The notes under the pieces are model-generated. The model worked only from the letters and a program-made list of their open reading frames with translations. It had not been told where the DNA came from and searched no databases. The translations under genes and the position numbers were made by a program. Positions 29,517 through 39,441 of a stretch of DNA of 64,000 nucleotides are shown piece after piece; position 1 is the first letter of the stretch, and each line of letters begins with the position of its first letter. Origin of the DNA: an uncultured Chlamydiae bacterium (GTDB lineage: Bacteria > Chlamydiota > Chlamydiia > Chlamydiales > JAJFMA01); NCBI GenBank assembly GCA_963713615.1, contig CAVQMM010000001.1, positions 352,001 through 416,000 of the forward strand, read 5' to 3'.

Positions 29517-31661
29517 TTACTCAAGAAGGCTAAAGCTTGGGCATTCACTTGGGCATTGGGGACGCTTCAGGCCAACTTTAACATGAATGGCAAAGCGATG
29601 GTCATCTTCGCGGAATTGGTACGAAAAAGTCAGATTCCAGGCTGATCGTAAGGTTTTATGCAGATCAATTTGATACTGACAGTAATCGGGTTGTGTGGTG
29701 CGTCCCCATCCGCTGTGCACTAATGCTTCGAGGGCTAAGTCGTGTTGAAGGCGATAGTATAGGTGGACTAGGCCCGTTGTACGACGGTCCGACAAGCTAG
29801 AATGTAGCAATTCAGCCTGCGTGCGGAAGCTATCCATAATAAAGTTATCGGGGTCCACGCGTCGCCAGTAGTAGGGGCTGCGGTATCTGTATTCCGCATC
29901 GATAGCAAAATCGTCGCTGACGGTCCATTGGGTGCGGAAGTTGAACTCATCCAATCGATTATGTTGGGCATTCCACACGGCTATGGATGTCTGGCGCAGA
30001 AATGGCGTTGGGTCAAAAATGGCACTGGCATAGAGACGTGGAACAACACTGCCGATGGTGGGCGTATCAAAGAAGCAATAGGTATAAAGATCAAGTGTTA
30101 GCCGATGGGCTATGCATTCGCCACACCATTTCTGATAGATGAGATGTCGCGTGCCGACTCGTAGAGTATCGAGGCGATACCATCCATCATTAAAATCGAA
30201 GATGTCATGTTCATTAGGGTTGGTATTGGGTGTCGTAAGGTATTGATAACGGACATATGGCTCTGCGATATGCTTAAAGCAGCCATAGTAGCGGTGTACC
30301 TGGGTCATTGCCGTTGCGCCAAAGCTTCCCAGCGTCACCCACTTGGAATCGTGTTTATCACTATTGCCGTAAAAGATCGCCAATCCGCCAACTTCTGGGG
30401 TTACCGTTGCACATCCCAATCGAATAGGACGGTACAGATCCTCACGAACTTCGGCTCGTATAGAACTGAAACGTTCTGTATCGGGGTGTAGGTTTGAAGG
30501 TAGAAAGTCGTAATAGCCAAAGTTAGCGCGGTTTTCGCTGATGATTCCCGTAGGGCCTAAGGTAAAAGGATGCATGCTAAGGTTTAGGGCTGGTAAGTCC
30601 TCTTTAACCGTTTCAAAGTTGTTCACGCGAATTCTTGTGGTTAAATCGGCGATGGCGTAGTCGTTTTGACCCCTTAAATTGATCTGCGTTTTTTGCGCCG
30701 TTTTAAGCTCCAAGTCAGTGTCGCTATAGTCAAAGGGCATGTCCTCGTCGCTGATCTTATCGTAGCTGGCGTTCAGACGTACTTGTCCCTCATAAAGACA
30801 TTTATTGTAGTAGCCCTGGAAGCGGTATCGGAAGCGCTCATTGGGGTCGACGATGCTGGAATCCCGGGCGACATAATTGCGTGTTAGAAAGATGTCCGAT
30901 CCATCGGGGTTGCGACACTCCGTTTCGATGGCTGCACCCGGACCACGCGACAAGCGGTAATCTAGGCGCAGGAACGTTTTAAACCAGCCATTGTCGAACA
31001 TCTTGTAAGCTACACCAAAGCGAAGTCCCTGCTCACCTCCCCAGCGTAGGCGATAACGCAGCGGATGATCAACCAGCCAATCCAAATGTGTCTTTAAATA
31101 GGGCAACCAAAGAATTGGAAGACGCATAATGCGAAATTGTACATTGGTAGCCGTCAATATTCTGTTCTGGCTTAGATAGGCATCGCCCAGACAAATTCCC
31201 CATTCTGGCTTCCAGGAGGGAGAAGTCGAAAGGAATCCTTCGTGAAGACGATAGTCTCCATTAGGTAGCAAAATGATGTAGCTAGCTCCAAGGTACCAGG
31301 GATAAAGGACCCCTCGGGCATCGTATAGGATGCCTCGATGGGCCTGAAAATCGTAATGAAGCATGGTACCGGTGAACACCTGACCGTGATACTCCAGCAT
31401 GAGGTCGTTCTCAGCTCGCAGAGTAAACACAGGCTCATCACCCTCCGCCTGGCGCCTAGATTCAATATTCCTTGCCTGAATACGAATGTCTGGGGCTTTG
31501 ACGACTCCACCACATGTGGTGTTTAGGACGCCATCACACAGCTCGGGGTCGCGAAGATAAATAGCCACATCTTTGGCAAAGGCTGCCGTCTCCTCTAGTT
31601 CCATTGGAACAAGCGGTGTGACAACGACGCAGGCTAGGGCTGTACAGAATTTTTTAAGCAT
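29517..31661 (-). CDS. lptD: LptD/OstA-like outer membrane protein
   Basis: Signal peptide, OstA-like N-terminal region (LPILWLPY), aromatic-rich beta-strand C-terminus, H..EP...Y motif. Confidence 0.7.
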   Translation of the reverse strand: MLKKFCTALACVVVTPLVPMELEETAAFAKDVAIYLRDPELCDGVLNTTCGGVVKAPDIRIQARNIESRRQAEGDEPVFTLRAENDLMLEYHGQVFTGTMLHYDFQAHRGILYDARGVLYPWYLGASYIILLPNGDYRLHEGFLSTSPSWKPEWGICLGDAYLSQNRILTATNVQFRIMRLPILWLPYLKTHLDWLVDHPLRYRLRWGGEQGLRFGVAYKMFDNGWFKTFLRLDYRLSRGPGAAIETECRNPDGSDIFLTRNYVARDSSIVDPNERFRYRFQGYYNKCLYEGQVRLNASYDKISDEDMPFDYSDTDLELKTAQKTQINLRGQNDYAIADLTTRIRVNNFETVKEDLPALNLSMHPFTLGPTGIISENRANFGYYDFLPSNLHPDTERFSSIRAEVREDLYRPIRLGCATVTPEVGGLAIFYGNSDKHDSKWVTLGSFGATAMTQVHRYYGCFKHIAEPYVRYQYLTTPNTNPNEHDIFDFNDGWYRLDTLRVGTRHLIYQKWCGECIAHRLTLDLYTYCFFDTPTIGSVVPRLYASAIFDPTPFLRQTSIAVWNAQHNRLDEFNFRTQWTVSDDFAIDAEYRYRSPYYWRRVDPDNFIMDSFRTQAELLHSSLSDRRTTGLVHLYYRLQHDLALEALVHSGWGRTTQPDYCQYQIDLHKTLRSAWNLTFSYQFREDDHRFAIHVKVGLKRPQCPSECPSFSLLE

Positions 31662-31752
31662 CTACCGATCGGATGGTCGAAAAGCTAAGACTATAAGGAT
31701 CGGCCTAATAAAGCGAAAGCGGTGAGGGTTCGTGGGGCAGGGCGATCGCATC

Positions 31753-33041
31753 TTAATTTCCTTGACTAACGAGTCGAAACAGGAACTCAGCCGACATTTT
31801 CATCTTGTTCTGCATTCTTCGCACACTAAGCTTTCCTCGCGCCTGGTTGATAAGGTTTAATCCAAGTTTTCGTGCTTGTGTCATTATCTCGGGACCATTG
31901 TCCTTATATATCCTTGAAGCATCTTCATTGAACGTGAGATCAAGAACCCAATGGAGCTTATTTTCTATTTCCCAGTGCGCTCCGATTGCTTGGGAGAGCT
32001 GTCCTGCATTTGCTTCGAGAGATGAAATGTAGAAGCGTTGCTCAACCGTGGTTTTGCCTTTGATGGTTCTCTCGGATTCAATCAAGATAGCAGATTTCAA
32101 GCCAGGCCATTTGCCTATGCTGCTAAGCTCATTTAGATCAGAGCTAGCCCAACATTTTCGACATTCAATTCGACCATGACCCTTGTCATATTCCTCATGC
32201 TTGGTTCCATTAAATCCATTCCAAGCAGTCTTCTTCCAACCCTCGAATAGGCCTTGTTCACCTTTACGGTCAGAATTTCGGTCGGACGAAAAAGGTCGGA
32301 TGTCGTGGTTTGTGACGAGGGCATAGCGCCAGCTATGTCCGAGGAGCAAAACGCGACAGACGATCCTTTTGCAGTCGACCGAAAACTGACCGCAAAGGTG
32401 AATAAGGCCCTCGAATAGTAGCTTGATGTCTGTGTGAAGCGTGCCTTGGTTGCCTTTCAGTCCTAAAATATAGTCTCCTTTCTGTTCAATGATTTGGGCC
32501 GCAATCTTTCTTTGGCACCCCATTGCATCCATGGTGACTATCTGACCCTCCAAATCTAACATAGCAAGAAGCTCAGGCAGAGCTGTGATCTCGTTGGATT
32601 TGCTATCAACAGCTACTTGCCCTAAAACTAAACGGTTTTGCGTAGCCCAGGCAGACACTGCATGTAAGGCTTCTTTACCATTCTCAGGATTGGCGCTTGC
32701 GCGAGCTGTTTTGCCATCAATCGCTATGACCTCTTTGCAGGGCTTTTTCAACGTGTTTGTAAATTCTACAAAGCAATGATGAAAGGTCTTTGGATTGAGC
32801 CTAGACATTACACGCCCAAATGTATCATGGGATGGTACACCATTAGGCAGAGGGACAACCGCTGCAAAAAGATCAAAATTAGCTTCACAATAATCGTGCA
32901 TTCCCACCCATTCATCAATACCAGCCATAGCTGAACAGATGGCGATGAAGATAATACTCATTAAGGGATGTTTTTTGTGCGATCAATTCTGGGATCTTCA
33001 ATTTGCTGAAAAACAATCTTAAGACGCTCTGCTGCTGACAT
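31753..33041 (-). pseudogene. ISAs1 transposase with a frameshift near the 5' end and an in-frame MITE insertion
   Basis: PSHDTF, IAIDGK, KSNEITA, DAMGCQ, LKGNQ, HGRIE, HWEIENKLHW.LD. The N-terminus MSAAERL..EDPR is out of frame at an A6 run near 32971-32976. Confidence 0.9.
32250..32409. mobile_element. 160-bp MITE, copy 1 (TSD CTCGAATA)
   Basis: GGCCTT(G/A)TTCACCTTT(A/G)CGGTCAG terminal repeats; 8-bp duplication at 32242-32249 and 32410-32417. Confidence 0.93.
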
Positions 33042-33112
33042 TGTTATCTCCTCTATAGTGTGATGGCGAGGAGATATAATACCTAGTCAAAAATTTAGAT
33101 GCGATCGCCCTG

Positions 33113-33180
33113 AAGGGATCAATACCCAAGAAATTCATCGTCCCTTGCTCAAAGGAGTGCCGATGTGTTTCCTGCGTTTC
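33113..33180 (-). pseudogene. Residual Rhs pre-toxin segment truncated by ISAs1
   Basis: Near-identical to 34079-34143 (QETHRHSFEQGTMNFLGIDP). Confidence 0.8.
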
Positions 33181-33259
33181 GCAACAACGCCTAAGTTTTG
33201 CTTAGTAAAACGAAAGTCAACCGGTTCGATGCCACATAGACAAATAATTAGAAATGATC

Positions 33260-33574
33260 TCAAATTGGTAGCCAATCAGGTCGAATGGATTTGATGACAG
33301 CTATTGCCTCAGTTTGGGCTTCGGGAACCAGGCAACTGATTATGTCAGGCCTAAAATTTTCTTGCTTAACAAGTATCTGTCCAATGGATTCACCACAGAC
33401 ATCAAGAATGAAATCATCCTCTTGGGATGGTTTAGAAGCTATTTTTACTAGTGCAACTAGCGCTCTATCATCATTATATTTACCCAAATCCATCGCGGCA
33501 TCATCTCTCTCATCAATTCTAGCCTTTTTATCAAGTAAAATGTCTATAAGTAGTGCAATCCTGTCAGCCATCAT
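33260..33574 (-). CDS. Putative immunity protein H (HEAT-like)
   Basis: LLDK.AR.DERDDAAMDL..Y....A..AL...CGESIG family motif; directly after toxin tip H. Confidence 0.8.
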   Translation of the reverse strand: MMADRIALLIDILLDKKARIDERDDAAMDLGKYNDDRALVALVKIASKPSQEDDFILDVCGESIGQILVKQENFRPDIISCLVPEAQTEAIAVIKSIRPDWLPI

Positions 33575-34552
33575 TTACCAGTCCCCATAATTAACACCCA
33601 ATGAAAGATGCGATCCAACGGTCGTGTCCCCCTTTTCACAAGTAAATGGGTTAAAGCGACTATTCGCACCCTTACCTAGTCTCACATCAAAGCGTGGCAA
33701 AGCACTACCCTCGTCTAGTCCTGGTCGCAGACTAGCCTCTGGTTTAATTCTTAGCCGCCATTCAAATTCTCCATTTTTATATATCCCCCATTTTTCAGGG
33801 GCACCCTGAGGATTTGGCAGCTTTTCCCATCCTTTGCTCTTGGCCCAGCCGCGTAGTATGCGAATATTGTTTTGGGCGGTGGGGGAAAGCTGGCTGGCAT
33901 TGAAGTGAAAGCGGTTTAACGTTACCGGTAACTTTGGTAACGTTGTGGAGATTCCTCTTATAGCGAATTTTCCAACAGACCAGCCTAACTTCGCTAAGCC
34001 CCATCCACCCGATACTAGGGCTACTGCCTCACAAGCCATTGTAGCACCATAGCGATAATTTTGATAAGTCATATCGGAGGGATCAACACCCAAGAAATTC
34101 ATCGTCCCTTGCTCAAAGGATTGCCGATGTGTTTCCTGCGTTTGGTCGATACAATCCCTAATAGCACACTTTTCCTCGGATGGACATTCTGAATCCCATA
34201 GTCCAACATTGCAGAAACAATCGCAGAAGCTATGACAAACGGACAACCCAAAATCTGCTATACCGGCACATATCCCCTTACAAGCACTTGATGCACGGGA
34301 GTTTGAATAATTGGACTCCCTTTGAACGTTATCACCGCGTGATTCCCTGTTCTTTGAAGTGCTGGTCTTTCGCCCACTGTCCGCCGCTTTATTTCGGTCA
34401 TACAAAGCACTGAGTCCCCAAAGATCCAAGAGGGTCAACGGATTATTGTGCACATAAGCATAGAGGTTAGGTCCGTCTGAAAAGCCTTGTGGATCGGGTG
34501 TTAGCCAGCGTCCTATCGAAGTATCGTAGTCGCACTTGCCAAATTGGAATAA
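33575..34552 (-). pseudogene. Orphan Rhs core + C-terminal toxin H
   Basis: GRWLTPDPQGFSDGPNLYAYVHNNPL Rhs core, DLWGL in place of DPWGL, shared linker, variable tip; no proper start. Confidence 0.82.
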
Positions 34553-34567
34553 CTTTGAGAAGCAACG

Positions 34568-35047
34568 CTAAATTTTTACGATTAAATGCGGAGCGTTAAT
34601 TTTAATATATTTATATATGATCTGCCTTGAAAAGGGTGGGAGGCATTCAAACATTTTTTCGTCGTACATATTAAGTCCAACACAAATTTCGCCAATCGAC
34701 TCTGAGCAGTCATCAACTATATGGCCTTGTTCACCTTTACGGTCAGAATTTCGGTCGGACGAAAAAGGTCGGATGTCGTGGTTTGTGACGAGGGCATAGC
34801 GCCAGCTATGTCCGAGGAGCAAAACGCGACAGACGATCCTTTTGCAGTCGACCGAAAACTGACCGCAAAGATGAATAAGGCCAACTATATCATCCTCTTC
34901 ATCTGGTCTAGCTGCGGCTGTAACTAGAGCAGTCAGTGCCCGTAAATCCTTATATTCCCTAAGGTCAATAGCAGCATCGCTTCGTTCATCTTCTCTAGCC
35001 GATTTATCTAGTAAGATATCTATTAATAATTGAGTTCGATCTTTCAT
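34568..35047 (-). CDS. Putative immunity protein G carrying an in-frame 56-aa MITE insertion
   Basis: MKDRTQLLIDILLDKSAREDERSDAAIDL; the frame stays open through the MITE. Confidence 0.78.
   Translation of the reverse strand: MKDRTQLLIDILLDKSAREDERSDAAIDLREYKDLRALTALVTAAARPDEEDDIVGLIHLCGQFSVDCKRIVCRVLLLGHSWRYALVTNHDIRPFSSDRNSDRKGEQGHIVDDCSESIGEICVGLNMYDEKMFECLPPFSRQIIYKYIKINAPHLIVKI
34723..34882. mobile_element. 160-bp MITE, copy 2 (TSD AACTATAT)
   Basis: Near-identical to copy 1; duplication at 34715-34722 and 34883-34890. Confidence 0.93.
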
Positions 35048-35049
35048 TT

Positions 35050-35385
35050 TCACCTTGCATAGTCAAATTCTAAAGGTAAATGAGAACCAACCCGCCAATT
35101 TCCAATCTCTCCAGAAAATGGGTTTATATAATCCTTCCCTGCAAAGTCAGCATTTAATCGCGCATCAAATCTAGGTAAATTACTACCAGCGTCCAAATTA
35201 GGCCTGAGACTTCCTTCTGACTTAATTCGCAATCTCCATTCAAATTTTCCATCTACATGAACCCCCCATTTTTCAGGGGCACCATGGGGATTTGGCAGTT
35301 TTTTCCATCCTTTGCTCTTGGCCCAGCCGCGTAGTATGCGAATATTGTTTTGGGCGGTAGGGGAAAGCTGGCTGGCATTTAAGTG
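35050..35385 (-). pseudogene. Orphan toxin tip G
   Basis: SQLSPTAQNNIRILRGWAKSKGW...PRFDARL...NPFSG...GSHLPLEF; 5' side abuts IS607. Confidence 0.8.
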
Positions 35386-35515
35386 GTCAGTCAGCTGCGT
35401 CCGGCGCTCAAACGGTTTCCGGATAAACCCCGTATGTTTCTTTCAAGACATTTTTCTATAGAGCTGGTTTCCCTTAGACAGGGTTGGCAGCAGCTGCCAA
35501 AAATCTATATATTTC

Positions 35516-35544
35516 TTGACAACTCTATGCAAATTGCATAGATT
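35516..35544 (+). promoter_or_regulatory. IS607 tnpA promoter with overlapping palindrome
   Basis: TTGACA-17 nt-TAGATT; TCTATGCA-AAT-TGCATAGA palindrome; ATG 7 nt after the -10, suggesting a leaderless mRNA. Confidence 0.65.
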
Positions 35545-35551
35545 TTAGCGC

Positions 35552-36172
35552 ATGAAGGTGAGTATCAAGAAAGCAGCTCAGGAACTTGGCGTACACGAGG
35601 CTACACTCCGTCGTTGGGAGGCTGCTGGCAAAATCCAGGTTGAGCGTACACCCAAGGGACACCGACGTTATCTATTGTCTAGCCTAAAAGGATTTAGTCC
35701 TAAAGCCACCTCCTCTAAGGTTTCTAACGGTTTGACGCTCTGTTACGCGCGGGTTTCGAGTCATGATCAAAAAAAAGACCTCGTTTGTCAAAAAGCGGTG
35801 TTAGAGTCTTTTTGTGCAGCTCATGGATGGACCCATGAAGTCATTGAGGATCTCGGCTCGGGATTGAATTATCAAAAGAAGGGTTTAAAAAAGCTCATTA
35901 AAGCGATATGCTCTGGCATCGTTGGCCGTTTAGTGATCACACACAAAGATCGCCTGATGCGGTTTGGGGCCGAACTGATCTTTTCTCTTTGTGAGAGCTT
36001 TGGTACGGAGATTGTAATCATCAATGCTAAAGAAGACACGACTTTCGAGGATGATCTCGTCCAGGACGTGCTAGAAATCATCACCGTGTTTTCGGCAAGA
36101 CTTTACGGCGCAAGAAGCCGTAAAAATCAGAAGCTGCTTAAGGCACTTAGTAAGGCTGCTAATGCCGTCTAA
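35552..36172 (+). CDS. tnpA: IS607 transposase (MerR-type HTH + serine recombinase)
   Basis: LGVHEATLRRWE..G...RTPKGHRRY; YARVSSHDQK; GSGLN; KDRL.RFG; FSARLYG.RS. Confidence 0.95.
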   Translation: MKVSIKKAAQELGVHEATLRRWEAAGKIQVERTPKGHRRYLLSSLKGFSPKATSSKVSNGLTLCYARVSSHDQKKDLVCQKAVLESFCAAHGWTHEVIEDLGSGLNYQKKGLKKLIKAICSGIVGRLVITHKDRLMRFGAELIFSLCESFGTEIVIINAKEDTTFEDDLVQDVLEIITVFSARLYGARSRKNQKLLKALSKAANAV

Positions 36173-37805
36173 AGATGACTCTAAAACGTTTACATACCAA
36201 ATGCGGCTTAATCTGGATAAGTCTTCTGCAAGCATTTTGGATGCTTGCGCGCAACTGTTTTCCAAGCTTGAACGTAAATTGTTTGCAGATGTCTGCAAAG
36301 GGAAGACTCCTGGTGAGCTTAAAGCAAGATACATTCGGGAATATGAAATTACCGCCCGTCATTTCAATGCTCTTCGTGTTCAGATCGAGGGGAAAGTGAG
36401 ATCGATACGAGAGAGACGGCCGGGGCTGATTGCTGAAATCCGGGATAAAATAGCGTCGGCTCAGAAGGTCATTGCACGTTTGGAAGAGAGAAAACTTAAT
36501 TCCGAGAAGCTCCATCAAAAGAAGCGACGCTTGGGGAATCTGAAACGTGGTCTTGAGAAACTCCAAGCGGATCAAGCGACGGGAAAAGTGTCCCTATGCT
36601 TCGGATCGAAGCGTCTATTTCGAGCTCAGTTCGCCTTGCATGAAAATGGCTATCAAAGTCACGAGGAATGGCTTGCAGAGTGGCGCCAGTCGCGGAGCAA
36701 CAGCTTTTTTCTTCTCGGATCCAAAGACGAATCCAGTGGAAACCAATCCTGTACGGCTACGCTCACAGAAGAGGGCAGTCTAAGGTTACGACTCCGCCTT
36801 CCATCCGCGCTGGCAGGGCAAGAAAAGTACTTATGGCTTCCCCCGATTCGTTTTAAATACGGCCATGACAACATTGTGGAGGCTTTAAGATCCTGCGAGG
36901 AAAGAAAGCGACTACAGGCATCAAAAAGTCCTGAAGCGAGCCATTGTGGAGTGGCTCTCAGCTATCGATTCGTACGCGACGAAAAAGGATGGCGCGTGTT
37001 TATCAGCATGCCCGTTCAGAAACCCCAGACAGTCACTTCACAGCATCAGGGAGTCATCGGCGTCGACATCAATGCGAATCATCTAGCCATCACAGAAACA
37101 GATCGCTTTGGCAACCCTATCGCCAAGAAGTCGCTTCCACTAAACACCTATGGAAAAAGTCGAAACCAAATCCAAGCTATCGTTGGCGATGCCTGTGCTA
37201 ACCTTGTGGAAGCTGCGAGAAGTACCGGCAAGCCCCTAGTTATCGAACAACTCGACTTTCAAAAAAAGAAAGCAGAGCTAAAAGACCACGCAAGTCCCAA
37301 ACTGGCACGAATGCTCTCAGGCCTAGCCTATAGTACCATCATAAGCGGCCTGAACTCACGAGCTTGGAGATTGGGCGTAGAGGTCATGGAAGTGAATCCA
37401 GCCTATACTTCAATCATAGGACGCGTCAAATTTGCAAAAAGATATGGATTGTCAGTCCATCATGCGGCCGCACTGGTCATAGGCCGCCGATCCCTTAGAG
37501 CCTCCGAAAGAGTTCCTCGCGATCTGGACTCAATACCAGATGGCAAAGGAAGCCATGTCGCTTTGTCCCTACCCGAGAGGAATCGGGATAAACACGTATG
37601 GCATACCTGGGGAATCGTCAATAGAAGGTTTAAAACCGTGCATGCAGCACACTTCCGGGCGAAAAAAAATCGATCCTCATGCTCTAAGCCAGCATGCGTG
37701 ATAGAGCCCATCCCGGATGTTGCCGGTGAGATTCCGGCTGGTGAATCCGTCAACACAACTGCTCGGTTGGCGTCCTTAACTAGGCCTACAACGATAAATG
37801 TGTAG
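36162..37805 (+). CDS. tnpB: Long TnpB-family RNA-guided nuclease homolog (547 aa)
   Basis: RuvC-I GVDIN, RuvC-II VIEQLDF, VNPAYTS; the RuvC-III position reads HHAAA; no CxxC zinc finger. Confidence 0.88.
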   Translation: MPSKDDSKTFTYQMRLNLDKSSASILDACAQLFSKLERKLFADVCKGKTPGELKARYIREYEITARHFNALRVQIEGKVRSIRERRPGLIAEIRDKIASAQKVIARLEERKLNSEKLHQKKRRLGNLKRGLEKLQADQATGKVSLCFGSKRLFRAQFALHENGYQSHEEWLAEWRQSRSNSFFLLGSKDESSGNQSCTATLTEEGSLRLRLRLPSALAGQEKYLWLPPIRFKYGHDNIVEALRSCEERKRLQASKSPEASHCGVALSYRFVRDEKGWRVFISMPVQKPQTVTSQHQGVIGVDINANHLAITETDRFGNPIAKKSLPLNTYGKSRNQIQAIVGDACANLVEAARSTGKPLVIEQLDFQKKKAELKDHASPKLARMLSGLAYSTIISGLNSRAWRLGVEVMEVNPAYTSIIGRVKFAKRYGLSVHHAAALVIGRRSLRASERVPRDLDSIPDGKGSHVALSLPERNRDKHVWHTWGIVNRRFKTVHAAHFRAKKNRSSCSKPACVIEPIPDVAGEIPAGESVNTTARLASLTRPTTINV

Positions 37806-37871
37806 ATTTGTTAAGGTTTTTAGGAGCGGTTGAAAGACCTTAACCTTGAAACAACTGAGTAATTCCTCAAA

Positions 37872-38210
37872 TCAATGGGAATAGTCTTCACAATTTAAAG
37901 CATAGCGCTTAACCCATTCCGGCTTTCGAGCTTTAACTACAAAATATACTCCATGCTTTACCGTACCCGGAAGATTACGAAAAATTTTATAGTCAAAAAT
38001 GTTCATTTGTACCCATATCGAGCCAAGCGACTCACCGCAAGAATTTAAAATTAATTCATCTTCATCTTTGTTTTTTGATGTCTGTAGTAGCGCATTGATA
38101 GCTCGATCATCGCGATATTCGGCAAGATCCATCGCTGCATCGTCTCGTTCGGCAATAGACGCCTTACTATTACAAAGAATTTGAATTAAATCGTCAATCT
38201 TACTTTTCAT
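37872..38210 (-). CDS. Putative immunity protein F
   Basis: ASIAERDDAAMDLAEY...CGESLG. Confidence 0.8.
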   Translation of the reverse strand: MKSKIDDLIQILCNSKASIAERDDAAMDLAEYRDDRAINALLQTSKNKDEDELILNSCGESLGSIWVQMNIFDYKIFRNLPGTVKHGVYFVVKARKPEWVKRYALNCEDYSH

Positions 38211-38228
38211 TTTTTTGATAATTTTAGT

Positions 38229-39035
38229 TTATTCATAGTAATTAAACTCTAACGGGATATGCCCCCCAACATCTTTGCCACCTATTTGACTTCTGAACGG
38301 GTTAACAAATATCTCATCCCCCAAACGAGCACTTGCTCGAGGAAAGTTGCTATCTATCTTTAATCCCGGTCGCAGGCTACTCTCGGGTTTAATTTTTAAA
38401 TACCATTCAAATTTATTTGTTAACAAATTCATCCTTTGCTCTTGACCCAGCCGCGTAGTATGCGAATATTGTTTTGGGCGGTGGGGGAAAGCTGGCTGGC
38501 ATTGAAGTGAAAGCGGTTTAACGTTACCGGTAACTTTGGTAACGTTGTAGAGATTCCTCTTATAGCGAATTTTTCAACAGACCAACCTAACTTTGCTAAG
38601 CCCCATCCACCCGATACTAGGGCTACTGCCTCACAGGCTATTGTAGCACCATAGCGATAATTTTGGTAAGTCATATCAGAGGGATCAATACCCAAGAAAT
38701 TCATCGTCCCTTGCTCAAAGGAGTGCCGATGTGCTTCCTGCGTTTGGTCGATACAATCCCTGATAGCACACTTCTCCTCGGATGGACATTCTGAATCCCA
38801 TAGTCCAATATCGCAGAAGCTATGACAAATGGACAACCCAAAATCTGCTATACCGGCACATATCCCCTTACAAACGCTTGATGTATGAGAGTTTGAATAT
38901 GTGGACTCCCTTTGAACGCTGTCTCTGCGTGATTCCCAGTTCCTTGAAGTGCTGGTCTTTAGCCCACTATCCGCCGCTTTATTTCGGTCATACAGAGCAC
39001 TGAGAGTATTGAGTCCCCAAAGACCCAAGAGAGTC
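38229..39035 (-). pseudogene. Orphan toxin cassette F (internal deletion creating a stop near 38429)
   Basis: Shared linker present; WEKLPNP..PEKWG segment deleted; tip FEWYLKIKPE...PRASARL...GGHIPLEF. Confidence 0.8.
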
Positions 39036-39107
39036 AAAGGAGCAGTTTCGAGATGCCGTTGTTCTGTCTGCTTGTCTTATGAAAAAACTAAACAGGTGTG
39101 CCTAAAA

Positions 39108-39428
39108 TTACTCCTCAACTTCATTGCCTAGCCATTCTAGTTTTTGACCTCTAATGCGGGAATAGGCAGCTATTCGAGCTGTAGGCGCTAAGTCATTAAT
39201 AAACTTTTTATCAAATTGACCTAATTTAATAAGAATTCTGGCAATAGACTCACCACACGAATCCAATATAGTGTCGTTTTCATTTGGATCCGAAGCAATT
39301 TTTGCCAATGCATTCAAAACTCTATTTTCAGTATAGCTACCAAGATCCATAGCCGCATCATCACGTTCATCCTCTCTAGCCGACTTGTCAAATAAAACAT
39401 TTATTAAACCATCAACTTCATCATGCAT
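39108..39428 (-). CDS. Putative immunity protein E
   Basis: LFDKSAREDERDDAAMDL...DP.E...ILDSCGESIA. Confidence 0.8.
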   Translation of the reverse strand: MHDEVDGLINVLFDKSAREDERDDAAMDLGSYTENRVLNALAKIASDPNENDTILDSCGESIARILIKLGQFDKKFINDLAPTARIAAYSRIRGQKLEWLGNEVEE

Positions 39429-39441
39429 AATGTGAGCCTTA

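Larger units (their letters stand above)
31738..33112 (-). mobile_element. ISAs1-family (H-repeat) insertion sequence
   Basis: Terminal inverted repeats CAGGGCGATCGCATCT at 31738 and 33112; no matching target duplication. Confidence 0.92.
35386..37830 (+). mobile_element. IS607-family element (serine recombinase + TnpB); ends approximate
   Basis: Overlapping tnpA/tnpB pair; toxin homology stops at 35385; probable right end ...GGTTTTTAGGAGCGG. Confidence 0.85.

Noticed and set aside
35386..35500. Group I intron (IStron) at the IS607 left end
   Set aside because: Too short, and no recognisable P7 or other core intron elements
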